From Candidatus Sericytochromatia bacterium (lineage in GTDB: Bacteria; Cyanobacteriota; Sericytochromatia; S15B-MN24; UBA4093), in NCBI GenBank assembly GCA_036676495.1, contig JAKFCT010000029.1:64001-128000 (forward strand): a stretch of DNA of 64,000 nt, read 5' to 3'. The notes beneath the pieces are model-generated. The model saw only the letters and a program-made list of their open reading frames with translations. It ran no database searches and was not told where the DNA came from. Each line of letters opens with the position of its first letter. Position 1 is the stretch's first letter. The translations under genes were made by a program, and so were the position numbers. This document shows positions 1-8,095 of this stretch, piece by piece.

Positions 1-115
1 CCCCCTACGATGGCCCCGATCCCTCATCGACCGTTCCTTTTCTTGGGGGTCGTCGTCCGTTCAGGAGGGCGAGGGAAGGCGTGGGAGGGGAGGCCGCGAA
101 GCAGGGAGGCTGGAC

Positions 116-913
116 ATGGGGGTCACGGGGCGCCGGCGGATCGTGGGGGTTGGGGCGCTCACGGCGCTCAGCCTGCTGGCATGCAACAAGGAGATTTCGG
201 CCCCCCCGAGCCGGGCGGCCGAGGCGAGTCCGGGGTCGGCGCGGGGGTACCGTTCGGCCTGGGCGAGCCTGCCTGCGGGGGCGGAGCCCGCGGAGTTCGT
301 GGACGTGCGCAGCGAGGGGCAGCGCGCGCCGTGGCTCTACGGGGGAGGGTGGCGGATCGGGCGATACGGCCGGGAGGTGGTTTACGAGGTGCCGCTGGCG
401 CTGAGGCAGCCGGCCGAGCCTTTGACGTTCCGGCGGTACCGCGGGGAGGTTTTCGGGGCGGACGGGGCCTTGCCGCGGAGGTACCGGGTGGAGGCGGAGG
501 CGCGGTCGCTGGGCGGCTCGGCGCGCTTCGGGGGCTACGGGGAGCTGGCGATGCAGGTGCACTACGTGACTCCGACGACTTACGTGGAGGTCTTGCAGAC
601 GGATGACGCGCTGCTCATGTGGGAGGCGGTGAACGCGCCTCCGATGCAGGGCTCGGGGTGGACGCAGCTGGCCCGCGTGGCGCATGGGGCCAAGGTGGGG
701 CAGTGGGTGCGGTTCGGGGCCGAGGTCGACCGGGATCGCGGGACGATCACGGCGTTGCTGGACGGCAAGCCGGTCGCGACGGCGCGCGCCGGGTTACTGC
801 AGGGGCCCGGTCCGGGGCGGCTGACGCTGCGGGCGACGGGCAATCGCGAGGAGTGGAGGTGGGTCGAGGTCACGGAGCTGGAGGGGCGCCCTTCGGGGAC
901 CCTTCCGGAGTAA
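116..913 (+). CDS. Hypothetical lipoprotein, beta-rich (possibly ConA-like/DUF1080-like sandwich)
   Basis: RBS GGGAGG at ~103; basic N-terminus plus lipobox LLA-C; beta-strand-rich body ending in the W-V-R-F...ITALLDGKPV pattern typical of ConA-like domains. Confidence 0.6.
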   Translation: MGVTGRRRIVGVGALTALSLLACNKEISAPPSRAAEASPGSARGYRSAWASLPAGAEPAEFVDVRSEGQRAPWLYGGGWRIGRYGREVVYEVPLALRQPAEPLTFRRYRGEVFGADGALPRRYRVEAEARSLGGSARFGGYGELAMQVHYVTPTTYVEVLQTDDALLMWEAVNAPPMQGSGWTQLARVAHGAKVGQWVRFGAEVDRDRGTITALLDGKPVATARAGLLQGPGPGRLTLRATGNREEWRWVEVTELEGRPSGTLPE

Positions 914-1001
914 GCGCGCCTGGGGGGACGCGCCCCGCGTGCCGCCTTGGGCGGTTGCGAGGGGCGGTCGCATGGTCTCGCCGGGCTGGTAAGGAGGCGC
1001 C

Positions 1002-2285
1002 ATGCCATCGCTTGAGCAGTGTTACCGCTCGGAACGTCCCGTAGCCGTGGTCTACCCGGCCTTTTCCCTGAACTGCTACGGAGTGATCCGGGGGCTGGGG
1101 GAGAAGGGGATCCCGGTGATCGCCCTCGACGAGAACCCCAATCCGCAGTTTCACTCCCGCTACTGCAAGGGGCTGCGCTGCCCGGATCCCAAGGAGGCTC
1201 CCGAGGCCTTCGCGACCTTCCTGGCGGAGCTGGGAGCGCGCTTCAAGACTCCGCCGGTCCTCTACATGATGGAAGACCTCTACGTCTGGCTGGCCCACCG
1301 CTACCGGGATCGGCTCGCGCCTTACTACCGCTTCTCGTTTCTGAGCGAGGAAACGCTTGAGGATTGCCTGGACAAGCGCAGGACGTTCCAGGTGGCGGAG
1401 CGGATCGGCGTGCCCACCCCGCGGACCTTCTACCCCCGCGATACCCGGGAGCTGATGGAGCTGGAGGGCCAGATCCCGCTACCGGCCATCGTCAAGCCGG
1501 TGGTGGCCCGCTTCGACTTCCGCAGCGGGGAGGCGAGCAAGATCTGCACCTTCCCGAAGGTCTTCGGCTCCAAGGCCGTGCGGGCCGACACCTTCCCCGA
1601 GCTGGTGAAGCAGTTCCAACGGGTGGCCGCTCTCGGGATCGAGGCCTGCGTGCAAGAGGAGATACCCGGAGGGCAGGACCTCCTCTACGGGTCGACCCTT
1701 TACGCCAACGCGGACTCGGAGGCGCTGGGCGTCTTCGTGCGGACCAAGCTGCGGCAGACGCCGGCGGACTTCGGGACGATGACCCTGGGGCGGGCGATCG
1801 CCTCCGAGGAAGTCCGGGAAACCTCCGTGCGCATGGCCAAGGCCCTCGGCTTCAAGGGCATCTGCGGCATGGAGTACAAGTACGATCCGCGCGACGGCCA
1901 GTACAAGTTCCTGGAGATCAACCCCCGGGGCGAACTCTGGATGAACCTCGCCAACCACTGCGGCGTGAACCTTCCCTACCTCAAGTACCGGGACCTCACC
2001 GGAGACCCCGTCAGAGCCACGCAGACCAACTTCACGCGCAAGCTCGTGGACCTCAGGGACGACTTCTCGCTCTACTACCAGCGCTACCGGAACGACCCCC
2101 AGTACGGAGTGGGCTTCTGGGACTGGTTCGAATCGCTGACCCGCGGCGAGATCGAGGAGGTCGTCTTCAACTGGAAGGACCCCCTGCCGGGACTCCTGCG
2201 CTACTGGGAGTACCTGCAACGCGTGGCCGCCAAGCGCGCAGGAGCCCTGAAGGAGCCGCGTCCCACCCTCAAAGGGGCCCCTTGA
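1002..2285 (+). CDS. ATP-grasp carboxylate-amine ligase (D-aspartate-ligase-like family)
   Basis: AAGGAGG RBS; motifs IRGLGEKGIPV, IVKP, VQEEIPG and EYKYDPRDGQYKFLEINPR. Confidence 0.85.
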   Translation: MPSLEQCYRSERPVAVVYPAFSLNCYGVIRGLGEKGIPVIALDENPNPQFHSRYCKGLRCPDPKEAPEAFATFLAELGARFKTPPVLYMMEDLYVWLAHRYRDRLAPYYRFSFLSEETLEDCLDKRRTFQVAERIGVPTPRTFYPRDTRELMELEGQIPLPAIVKPVVARFDFRSGEASKICTFPKVFGSKAVRADTFPELVKQFQRVAALGIEACVQEEIPGGQDLLYGSTLYANADSEALGVFVRTKLRQTPADFGTMTLGRAIASEEVRETSVRMAKALGFKGICGMEYKYDPRDGQYKFLEINPRGELWMNLANHCGVNLPYLKYRDLTGDPVRATQTNFTRKLVDLRDDFSLYYQRYRNDPQYGVGFWDWFESLTRGEIEEVVFNWKDPLPGLLRYWEYLQRVAAKRAGALKEPRPTLKGAP

Positions 2286-2326
2286 GTTAAGGGCAGATTA
2301 AAAACCAGACAAATAGGTGTTAACCC
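2286..2326 (+). promoter_or_regulatory. 11-bp-phased TTAA direct-repeat array (Pho-box/OmpR-family-like operator)
   Basis: TTAA at 2287, 2298 and 2320 (11-bp phase; degenerate ACAA at 2309) in an otherwise GC-rich genome. Confidence 0.55.
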
Positions 2327-2378
2327 TCTTCCCGCCTGGCGGAAAGCCCGCTAGGCTTGGGAGAGGGTTAACCTTTCG
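2319..2378 (+). terminator. Long hairpin, probable terminator or leader structure
   Basis: GTTAACCCTC..TCCC GCCTGGCGG / CCGCTAGGC..GGGA GAGGGTTAAC followed by CTTTC. Confidence 0.5.
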
Positions 2379-2572
2379 TTAGGGAGTTCATAGCAAGTTT
2401 TCTCGCGAAGGGTCGACAACCTGTTAAGAGCGCTTCAAGAGGCCCCCGCAGTTCGGAGGCCCGGAGCGCGGCAGAGGTCGTCAGAGCGCGTGCCGGAATT
2501 CCCGACAGGCCCCCGGCACCCCCGCTACCTGAATAGGGATAACCGACGTAAGGCTGAGGAAAGGATCTACTC

Positions 2573-3034
2573 ATGCGTCATTACCGAAACCCGCTCGCTG
2601 CCATCGTGACGGCCTTGGCCCTCGGCGCCACTCTCGCCGGCTGCGGCTCCATGCCCATGGGCTTCTCGACCAACTCGGTCGACCAGTTCTCCGCCGACGC
2701 CAAGAACGGCAACCAGAACAAGCCCCCCCGCATCATCAACTTCGTCACCGTCACGGGCACCGTCTCCGAGCTGCTTCCGGATGACACCGTGGGCAACCCC
2801 CACCAGCTCTTCCGCTTCAAGGGCATGGTCAAGGGCAAGATGGAGACCATCCAGGTCGCCCACAACACCGCCCTCGCCCCCTACGTCCCCCTCAAGGTCG
2901 GCGACACCGTCGAAGTCAAGGGCGAGTACATCGACGAGAAGCCCTACGACATCCTCCACTGGACCCACTACAACCCCCGTGGCGGCGACGGCGGCTACAT
3001 CTCCCACAAGGGCAAGAAGTACGAGAAGCTCTAG
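2573..3034 (+). CDS. DUF3465-family lipoprotein (OB-fold-like)
   Basis: Lipobox LAG-C; motifs LLPDD..G.PHQ.F, VAHN, GDTVEVKGEY and LHWTH..P.G..GGYI. Confidence 0.8.
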   Translation: MRHYRNPLAAIVTALALGATLAGCGSMPMGFSTNSVDQFSADAKNGNQNKPPRIINFVTVTGTVSELLPDDTVGNPHQLFRFKGMVKGKMETIQVAHNTALAPYVPLKVGDTVEVKGEYIDEKPYDILHWTHYNPRGGDGGYISHKGKKYEKL

Positions 3035-3098
3035 AGCACTCCTCCGTTGGCGCCGCAATGCGGCGCCAACCTTCTAGGAACCCTCCCGGAGAGTCCAG

Positions 3099-3172
3099 GG
3101 TAAGACCGGATTAAGCTTCAGGTAAAACCCGCAAGCTGGAGCTCCGGCAAAGCGATAACACGGTATTAACAT
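3099..3172 (+). promoter_or_regulatory. 11-bp-phased (G/T/A)TAA array upstream of the 5'-nucleotidase (Pho-box-like)
   Basis: GTAA 3100, TTAA 3111, GTAA 3122, ATAA 3155 and TTAA 3166 all lie in the same 11-bp phase. Confidence 0.55.
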
Positions 3173-3207
3173 CCGCAGGAATCGTCAAAGCTAGGATTAG
3201 GGGAAAG

Positions 3208-4968
3208 GTGTCGTCGATGAGGCAGATTAACTGGCTAGTGAGTCCTACCAAGAGTCTCTCCGGCTCCCAGCACTCCAAGAACTCCCTGATCCGCCACGGA
3301 CTCGGCCTCGCCGCCGGCGTCTCCATGCTTCTGGCCTCCGGCTGCGGCATGTTCGGCGGAGCCCCGCTCGCCAACAACCCGGACGATCTCGACTTCCACA
3401 CCCACGGCAAGAACGGCATCCCCACCTCCGCAGGCGTCCCCAAGCTCGGCCAGCAGCCCTTGGTGCCCCAGGACCCCTCCGTCGCAGGTCGCGCCGTTCC
3501 CTTGACCCTCCTTTACACCGCCGACGTCCACTCCCGGATCGATCCCTTCCCGGAAGCCTTCTACCACAAGACCTACGCCGGCAAGGGCGGCCTCGCCCGG
3601 ATCGCCTCCATGGCCCGCGAGCTCAAGCGGCAGAACCCCAACGCGCTCTTGCTCGATTCCGGCGACTACCTGCAGGGCACCCCCTACTTCAACTTCTTCA
3701 AGGGCGAAGTCGAGCTCAAGGCCTACCAGCAGGCCGGCTTCGACGCCGTGACCATCGGGAACCACGAGTTCGACAACGGCGTCCCCATGCTCCGCAAGGC
3801 CCTCGGCAACTACACCGGCCCCATCATCACCACCAACGTCACCTTCTCGCCCGACATGGGACAGCGCTACGCCGTCCTCAAGGCAGGCAACCTGCGGGTC
3901 GGCCTCTTCGGACTCATGACCGAGGTCTCCGGCCTGGTCACCCCCCCCAACTTCCAGACCGCCAAGTACTACGACCCCATCAAGGTCGCCCAGGCCGCCG
4001 TCGAGAAGCTGTCGAAGGAAGCCGACGTCATCGTCTGCATGTCCCACGTCGGCATCGTCCCGCCCTGGAGCGAAGAGGATCCCGCCGCTCACAGCTCGTC
4101 CAAGATCACCGATGAAGTGATCGCCCAGAAGGTCCCCGGCATCGACGTCATCCTCAGCGGCCATACCCACGCCATGGTCAGCAACCCGATCGTGATCCGC
4201 TCGGGCTCCCACCGCACGCTCATCGTCGCCCCCGGCTACGGCGGAGGCTACCTGGGCAAGCTCGATCTGGTCGTCAAGGACGGTCAGGTGCAGCAGTACG
4301 ACAACAAACTGGTGCCGCTGACCGCGAACGTCGCCCCGGCGCAGGACATCGAGAGCCTCGTCTCCCCCTACCGCGCCCAGATGAACCAGACCATCAAGCA
4401 GAAGATCGGCACCGCCCAGGGCGACTTCCGCCGCTACGCCGGAGCTGACTTCGAGTCCTCCCTCAACAACCTCATGGCCGACGCCACCCTGGCTGCCGCC
4501 CGCAAGATCGACCCCGCCGTCGAGTTCGGCATCTCGAGCTCGGGAACCCCCCGCAACTACATCGTCTCGGGCCCCATCACCATCGAGGACGCCTACTACG
4601 CGCTGCCCTTCGACAACAAGATCGTCATCGTCGAGGCCAAGGGTGACAAGGTCGTCCAGATGCTCACCACCCAGCGCCGCTGGACGGACAACAAGCGCCA
4701 CTCCATCGCCAACGCCTCCTACACCCTCAACCCCTCGGCCCGCAAGATCTCGGACATCGTCATCAACGGCAAGCCCTTCGACCCCTCGAAGACCTACAAG
4801 GTCGCGGTCAACGACTACATCGCCGACGGCGGTTCCGGCTTCAACATGGTCCCCGGCCTCAAGCGCATCAACACCGACGTCCTGCAGCGCGATGCCCTGA
4901 TCGACCACATCAAGCAGGTGGGAGTCCTCTTCCCCCAGACCGGCCGCATCAAGGTCATCGGCCAGTAA
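3208..4968 (+). CDS. Bifunctional metallophosphatase/5'-nucleotidase (UshA-like) lipoprotein; start uncertain
   Basis: Metallophosphoesterase motifs TADVHS, LDSGDY, GNHEFD, MSHVG and SGHTH; C-terminal 5'-nucleotidase domain (LPFDN, NDYIADGGSGF); lipobox ASG-C. Confidence 0.9.
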   Translation: MSSMRQINWLVSPTKSLSGSQHSKNSLIRHGLGLAAGVSMLLASGCGMFGGAPLANNPDDLDFHTHGKNGIPTSAGVPKLGQQPLVPQDPSVAGRAVPLTLLYTADVHSRIDPFPEAFYHKTYAGKGGLARIASMARELKRQNPNALLLDSGDYLQGTPYFNFFKGEVELKAYQQAGFDAVTIGNHEFDNGVPMLRKALGNYTGPIITTNVTFSPDMGQRYAVLKAGNLRVGLFGLMTEVSGLVTPPNFQTAKYYDPIKVAQAAVEKLSKEADVIVCMSHVGIVPPWSEEDPAAHSSSKITDEVIAQKVPGIDVILSGHTHAMVSNPIVIRSGSHRTLIVAPGYGGGYLGKLDLVVKDGQVQQYDNKLVPLTANVAPAQDIESLVSPYRAQMNQTIKQKIGTAQGDFRRYAGADFESSLNNLMADATLAAARKIDPAVEFGISSSGTPRNYIVSGPITIEDAYYALPFDNKIVIVEAKGDKVVQMLTTQRRWTDNKRHSIANASYTLNPSARKISDIVINGKPFDPSKTYKVAVNDYIADGGSGFNMVPGLKRINTDVLQRDALIDHIKQVGVLFPQTGRIKVIGQ

Positions 4969-4981
4969 CCCCCAAACCGAA

Positions 4982-5019
4982 CGCCGCCCCCTCTGGCTCA
5001 GAGGGGGCGGCGCTTTTTT
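4982..5019 (+). terminator. Rho-independent terminator
   Basis: CGCCGCCCCCTCTG-GCT-CAGAGGGGGCGGCG followed by CTTTTTT. Confidence 0.9.
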
Positions 5020-5028
5020 GAGAGGGGA

Positions 5029-5625
5029 TCAGGCCTCGGGCTCCTCGGGAGGCGGATCGCCCTGGTGCTTGAGGTAGCGGGCGAAGTCCGAGGCCGTCAC
5101 GTTGTCCACGAAGGTCCGGAAATCATCGGTATCCTGGTTGTAGCGGTCGTTGAGGGCGTCGATCTCGTCGATGAACTGGCTGACGTCCAGCTGAAGCAGC
5201 TCCAGCGCCGCCAGCATCGGGATGCCCTCGACGATCGCGATCTGGATCGCCTCGGTGGCGGTCATCGGGATCCGCCGCACCCGGCCGCGCGGCGTGCGCA
5301 GCACCAGAATGCCCTGCACGAAGGTGCCCTCGGTCGGATCCACGATCTTGCCGATCGGCTTCAACTCGACCCGGATCAGCGCGCAGTCCAGCTCTTCGAG
5401 AAAGGTGCCCAGCGACAGGGGAAGGCGCAACGGAACTCCGGGAGGCAGGGCGGGATTGCCCGCGGTGACGATCTGCTCGATGTTCTCCCGACTCGTCTCC
5501 AGGACGAACCCCCGGCCCTCACGGCGGGAACCGAGAAAGATCCCGTCCCGAACCGGGCTTTCGACATCCTCGACGATCTCAAACGCGCCCAAAAGGGTGA
5601 CGCGCCGCATTTTGCTCGTTGCCAC
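5029..5625 (-). CDS. Divergent bifunctional-nuclease (DUF151/BFN)-like protein
   Basis: GTG start with AAAGGAG upstream and a TGCTACAAT extended -10; pattern FLEELD..LIRVE..F.Q.ILVL..IPMTATEAIQIA..GIPM and acidic tail FRTFVDNVTASDF resemble DUF151. Confidence 0.55.
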   Translation of the reverse strand: MATSKMRRVTLLGAFEIVEDVESPVRDGIFLGSRREGRGFVLETSRENIEQIVTAGNPALPPGVPLRLPLSLGTFLEELDCALIRVELKPIGKIVDPTEGTFVQGILVLRTPRGRVRRIPMTATEAIQIAIVEGIPMLAALELLQLDVSQFIDEIDALNDRYNQDTDDFRTFVDNVTASDFARYLKHQGDPPPEEPEA

Positions 5626-5814
5626 GTTGGATCCCTGACTCCTTTGACCGTTTTGCCCCGGGTAAAGATGTCCATTGTAGCATAACCACCGGATCTCCAC
5701 GGCTTCAGCGGCTGGAAGCGCGCATCGGCGCGGCGTGACGCGGAGACCGGGGGGGCTCCGTTTGGAGTGGCGAGCGGGCGGGTATGTGAGGGGCAGTCCC
5801 TCGGGTCGAGCCAC

Positions 5815-5874
5815 CCGCGGCGTTACCGTCCGCGGCGGTGCCGTCCGCGGCCCTGCCGCTCGCGGCCTTGCCGC
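5815..5874 (+). repeat. 4 x 15-bp imperfect tandem repeat (consensus CCGCGGCNNTGCCGY)
   Basis: Units CCGCGGCGTTACCGT / CCGCGGCGGTGCCGT / CCGCGGCCCTGCCGC / TCGCGGCCTTGCCGC in a divergent intergenic region. Confidence 0.7.
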
Positions 5875-5947
5875 CTCCGGCACGCGCGGGTGATTCGGTA
5901 CGGCTCACCGAGCCATTTCCCGGACTTACTGACAGGAACCTGCGTCA

Positions 5948-6496
5948 ATGACCCGATCCTTGCAACGCGCCATGGCTGCCAGCGCCCTCGTCGCCGCCCT
6001 TCTGACGAGCGGCTGCTCCGATCTTCCCGTCGTGGGGCCTGCCGTCGCATCGCTCAAGCCCATGCTCCAAGTCCTGGATCCGGTCCTCGGCCCGATCAAG
6101 GGCATGCTCGGCATGGCCGAGGAAGCCCCCCCGGCCGTCACGCCGACCCCGCGGCCCCGGGTGCGCCGGGCACGGGCACAAGCCCAAGCCCAGGCCCAGG
6201 CGGAGGCCGCCAGCGGATCGGTGGGCGCGGCCCCGGTCGAGACCTCCGAGGCGCACTTCGCCCGGGTGGTGGCGCGCAACAAGGAGTTCGATCGCCTGCG
6301 GACCACGGGGCTGATGCAACTTTACGGGGGCGAGACCCGGATGGCGATCGCCACCTTCGAGGAAGCCGCCAAGCTTCGCCCCGACGACGCCCATATCCGC
6401 GAGCTGATCGAGCTCGCGAAGCATCCGCCGCGCCCCGAGGGCGGCGGCGCGTCCTCGGGTGGGGTTCCCGCCCTCCCCGAGGGCTTCCTGCAATGA
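5948..6496 (+). CDS. Lipoprotein with a single TPR-like repeat
   Basis: Lipobox TSG-C; G...Y..G....AIATFEEAAKLRPDD TPR pattern. Confidence 0.7.
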   Translation: MTRSLQRAMAASALVAALLTSGCSDLPVVGPAVASLKPMLQVLDPVLGPIKGMLGMAEEAPPAVTPTPRPRVRRARAQAQAQAQAEAASGSVGAAPVETSEAHFARVVARNKEFDRLRTTGLMQLYGGETRMAIATFEEAAKLRPDDAHIRELIELAKHPPRPEGGGASSGGVPALPEGFLQ

Positions 6497-6518
6497 GCGT
6501 CGGGGGGGTCTCACGCCG

Positions 6519-7058
6519 TTGATCCCCTTTCCCCTGGTCGCCGCGTCGGATGATATCCGCGGCCTCAAACCCTTCATGGCCACGGATCCCAACTGGCCCC
6601 TGATCGCCCTCTTCGCGCTCGTGGGCGTCGCGGCCCTGGCCTACGCCCTGTCGCTGCTCGTCCGGCCCCGCAAGAAGCCCGCCCGCCCCCCGGCAGCGGC
6701 CCCACTGGATCCCCCGCAGAGCATCCGCGGCCGCCTGGATGCCCTCAAGGCCAGCGACCTCTTCGATGCCGGCTCGGCCGTTCCCTTCTGCGACCAGCTC
6801 TCCGAGATCCTGCGCGACTTCCTGCGCCAGCGCTACGGCCTTTCGAGCCGCCGGCTCACCACCTCCGAGATCATGCAGTCGCTGCGCCCGCGCGGCCCCG
6901 AGGCCCTCTGCCGCTCGGTGGAAGACGTGCTGGTCAGCTGCGACCTGGTCAAGTTCGCCAAGGTCGACGCGGACGCCATGGGCCTCCAGCAGCTGCTCAC
7001 CACGGCTTACCTGGTGCTGGAATACGCCGACACCGCCCCCCGCCGAGGTGAGCCGTGA
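6519..7058 (+). CDS. DUF4381/Bat-associated single-TM protein; TTG start uncertain
   Basis: DIRGLKP followed by a TM helix; LSEILRDFL..RYG...LTTSE and DLVKFA motifs; sits directly upstream of batA. Confidence 0.7.
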   Translation: MIPFPLVAASDDIRGLKPFMATDPNWPLIALFALVGVAALAYALSLLVRPRKKPARPPAAAPLDPPQSIRGRLDALKASDLFDAGSAVPFCDQLSEILRDFLRQRYGLSSRRLTTSEIMQSLRPRGPEALCRSVEDVLVSCDLVKFAKVDADAMGLQQLLTTAYLVLEYADTAPRRGEP

Positions 7059-8095
7059 GCCTCGCGAATCCCGCTTGGCTGCTCGCGCTCGGGATCCTTC
7101 CGGTCCTGGCGTGGCTGCTGCTGAATCGAAAACCCAAGGGCCTTCCGCTCTCGACCTACGGCCTCCTGGACGCCGCGTCCGGCAGGCGCGCCCGCCGGAA
7201 CCGCCTGCTCACGACGCTGCTGCGGCTGGGGGCGATCGCCTGCGTCATCCTCGCTCTCGCCCGTCCCCAGGCCCCCGGCCGCTGGGTCGAAGAGAAACAG
7301 CTGGGCATCGACCTCATGCTCGCCCTCGACGTCTCGGGCTCCATGCGCGCCGAGGACTTCCAGCCCGAGAACCGCCTCGCCGCCGCCAAGCGCGTCCTCA
7401 AGGACTTCGTGCAGCGCAACGCCAGCAACCGCATCGGCCTCGTCGCCTTCGCCGGCCGCTCCGTCACGCTCTGCCCGCTGACCACCGATACTCCCATCGT
7501 GCAGCAGGCCATCGACCGGATCCGCTTCGGGATCGCCGGCCAGGACGGCACCGCCATCGGGGACGGCATCGGAAACAGCCTCTACCGCCTCGAGGATCAG
7601 GCCGCCAAGAGCCGGGTCATCGTGCTCCTGTCGGACGGCGAGAACAACTCCGGCTACCTCCAGCCCCTGCAGGCCGCCGCCATGGCCAAGGCCAAGGGCG
7701 TGAAGATCTACACCATCGCCGTCGGCAAGCCGGGCGGCGCCGCCGTGCCCGCCGTGGATCGCGACGGCCGGGAGATCCTCGACGCCGCAGGCCGCAAGGT
7801 CTACCTCCGGAACCGGGACGGCAGCCCCTTCCTCACCGCCATGGACGAGATCACCCTCGAGCGCATCGCGCAGCTCACCGGAGGCCGCTACTTCCGGGCC
7901 ACCGACACCGCGGGCCTCCAGGCTGCCTACGCCGAGATCGCCAAGCTGGAGCGCACCGAGATCCCCAAGGAGCGCCGGCAAGTCCCCGACGAGCGCTACC
8001 CCTGGGCGCTGGGGCTCGGACTCGTCTTGGTGGTCACGGAGATCCTGGTCTCGCGCGGTCGCTGGCTCGTGCTGCAGGGAGGGAGAAATGCTTAG
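7055..8095 (+). CDS. batA: BatA-family von Willebrand factor A membrane protein
   Basis: N-terminal ANP.WLL TM, LALARPQ, MIDAS DVSGS, GTAIGDGI, LLSDGENN, KIYTIAVG. Confidence 0.85.
   Translation: MSLANPAWLLALGILPVLAWLLLNRKPKGLPLSTYGLLDAASGRRARRNRLLTTLLRLGAIACVILALARPQAPGRWVEEKQLGIDLMLALDVSGSMRAEDFQPENRLAAAKRVLKDFVQRNASNRIGLVAFAGRSVTLCPLTTDTPIVQQAIDRIRFGIAGQDGTAIGDGIGNSLYRLEDQAAKSRVIVLLSDGENNSGYLQPLQAAAMAKAKGVKIYTIAVGKPGGAAVPAVDRDGREILDAAGRKVYLRNRDGSPFLTAMDEITLERIAQLTGGRYFRATDTAGLQAAYAEIAKLERTEIPKERRQVPDERYPWALGLGLVLVVTEILVSRGRWLVLQGGRNA

Noticed and set aside
2430-2560. c-di-AMP (ydaO) riboswitch, 6S RNA or SRP RNA
   Set aside because: Only a faint 3' resemblance (TAACC..CGTAAG); the core conserved motifs are absent.
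3140-3240. c-di-GMP-I riboswitch (GGCAAA...CAAAGC)
   Set aside because: The GNRA-capped P2 and a convincing P3 are missing; the phased TAA boxes explain the region better.
4972-4985. CCAAACCGAACGCC shared by the terminator flanks at 4972 and 10511
   Set aside because: Only two instances, attributable to similar bidirectional terminator design; no further support.
5705-5908. 67-aa minus-strand ORF across the 15-bp repeats
   Set aside because: No RBS, low complexity, and it lies in a divergent promoter region.
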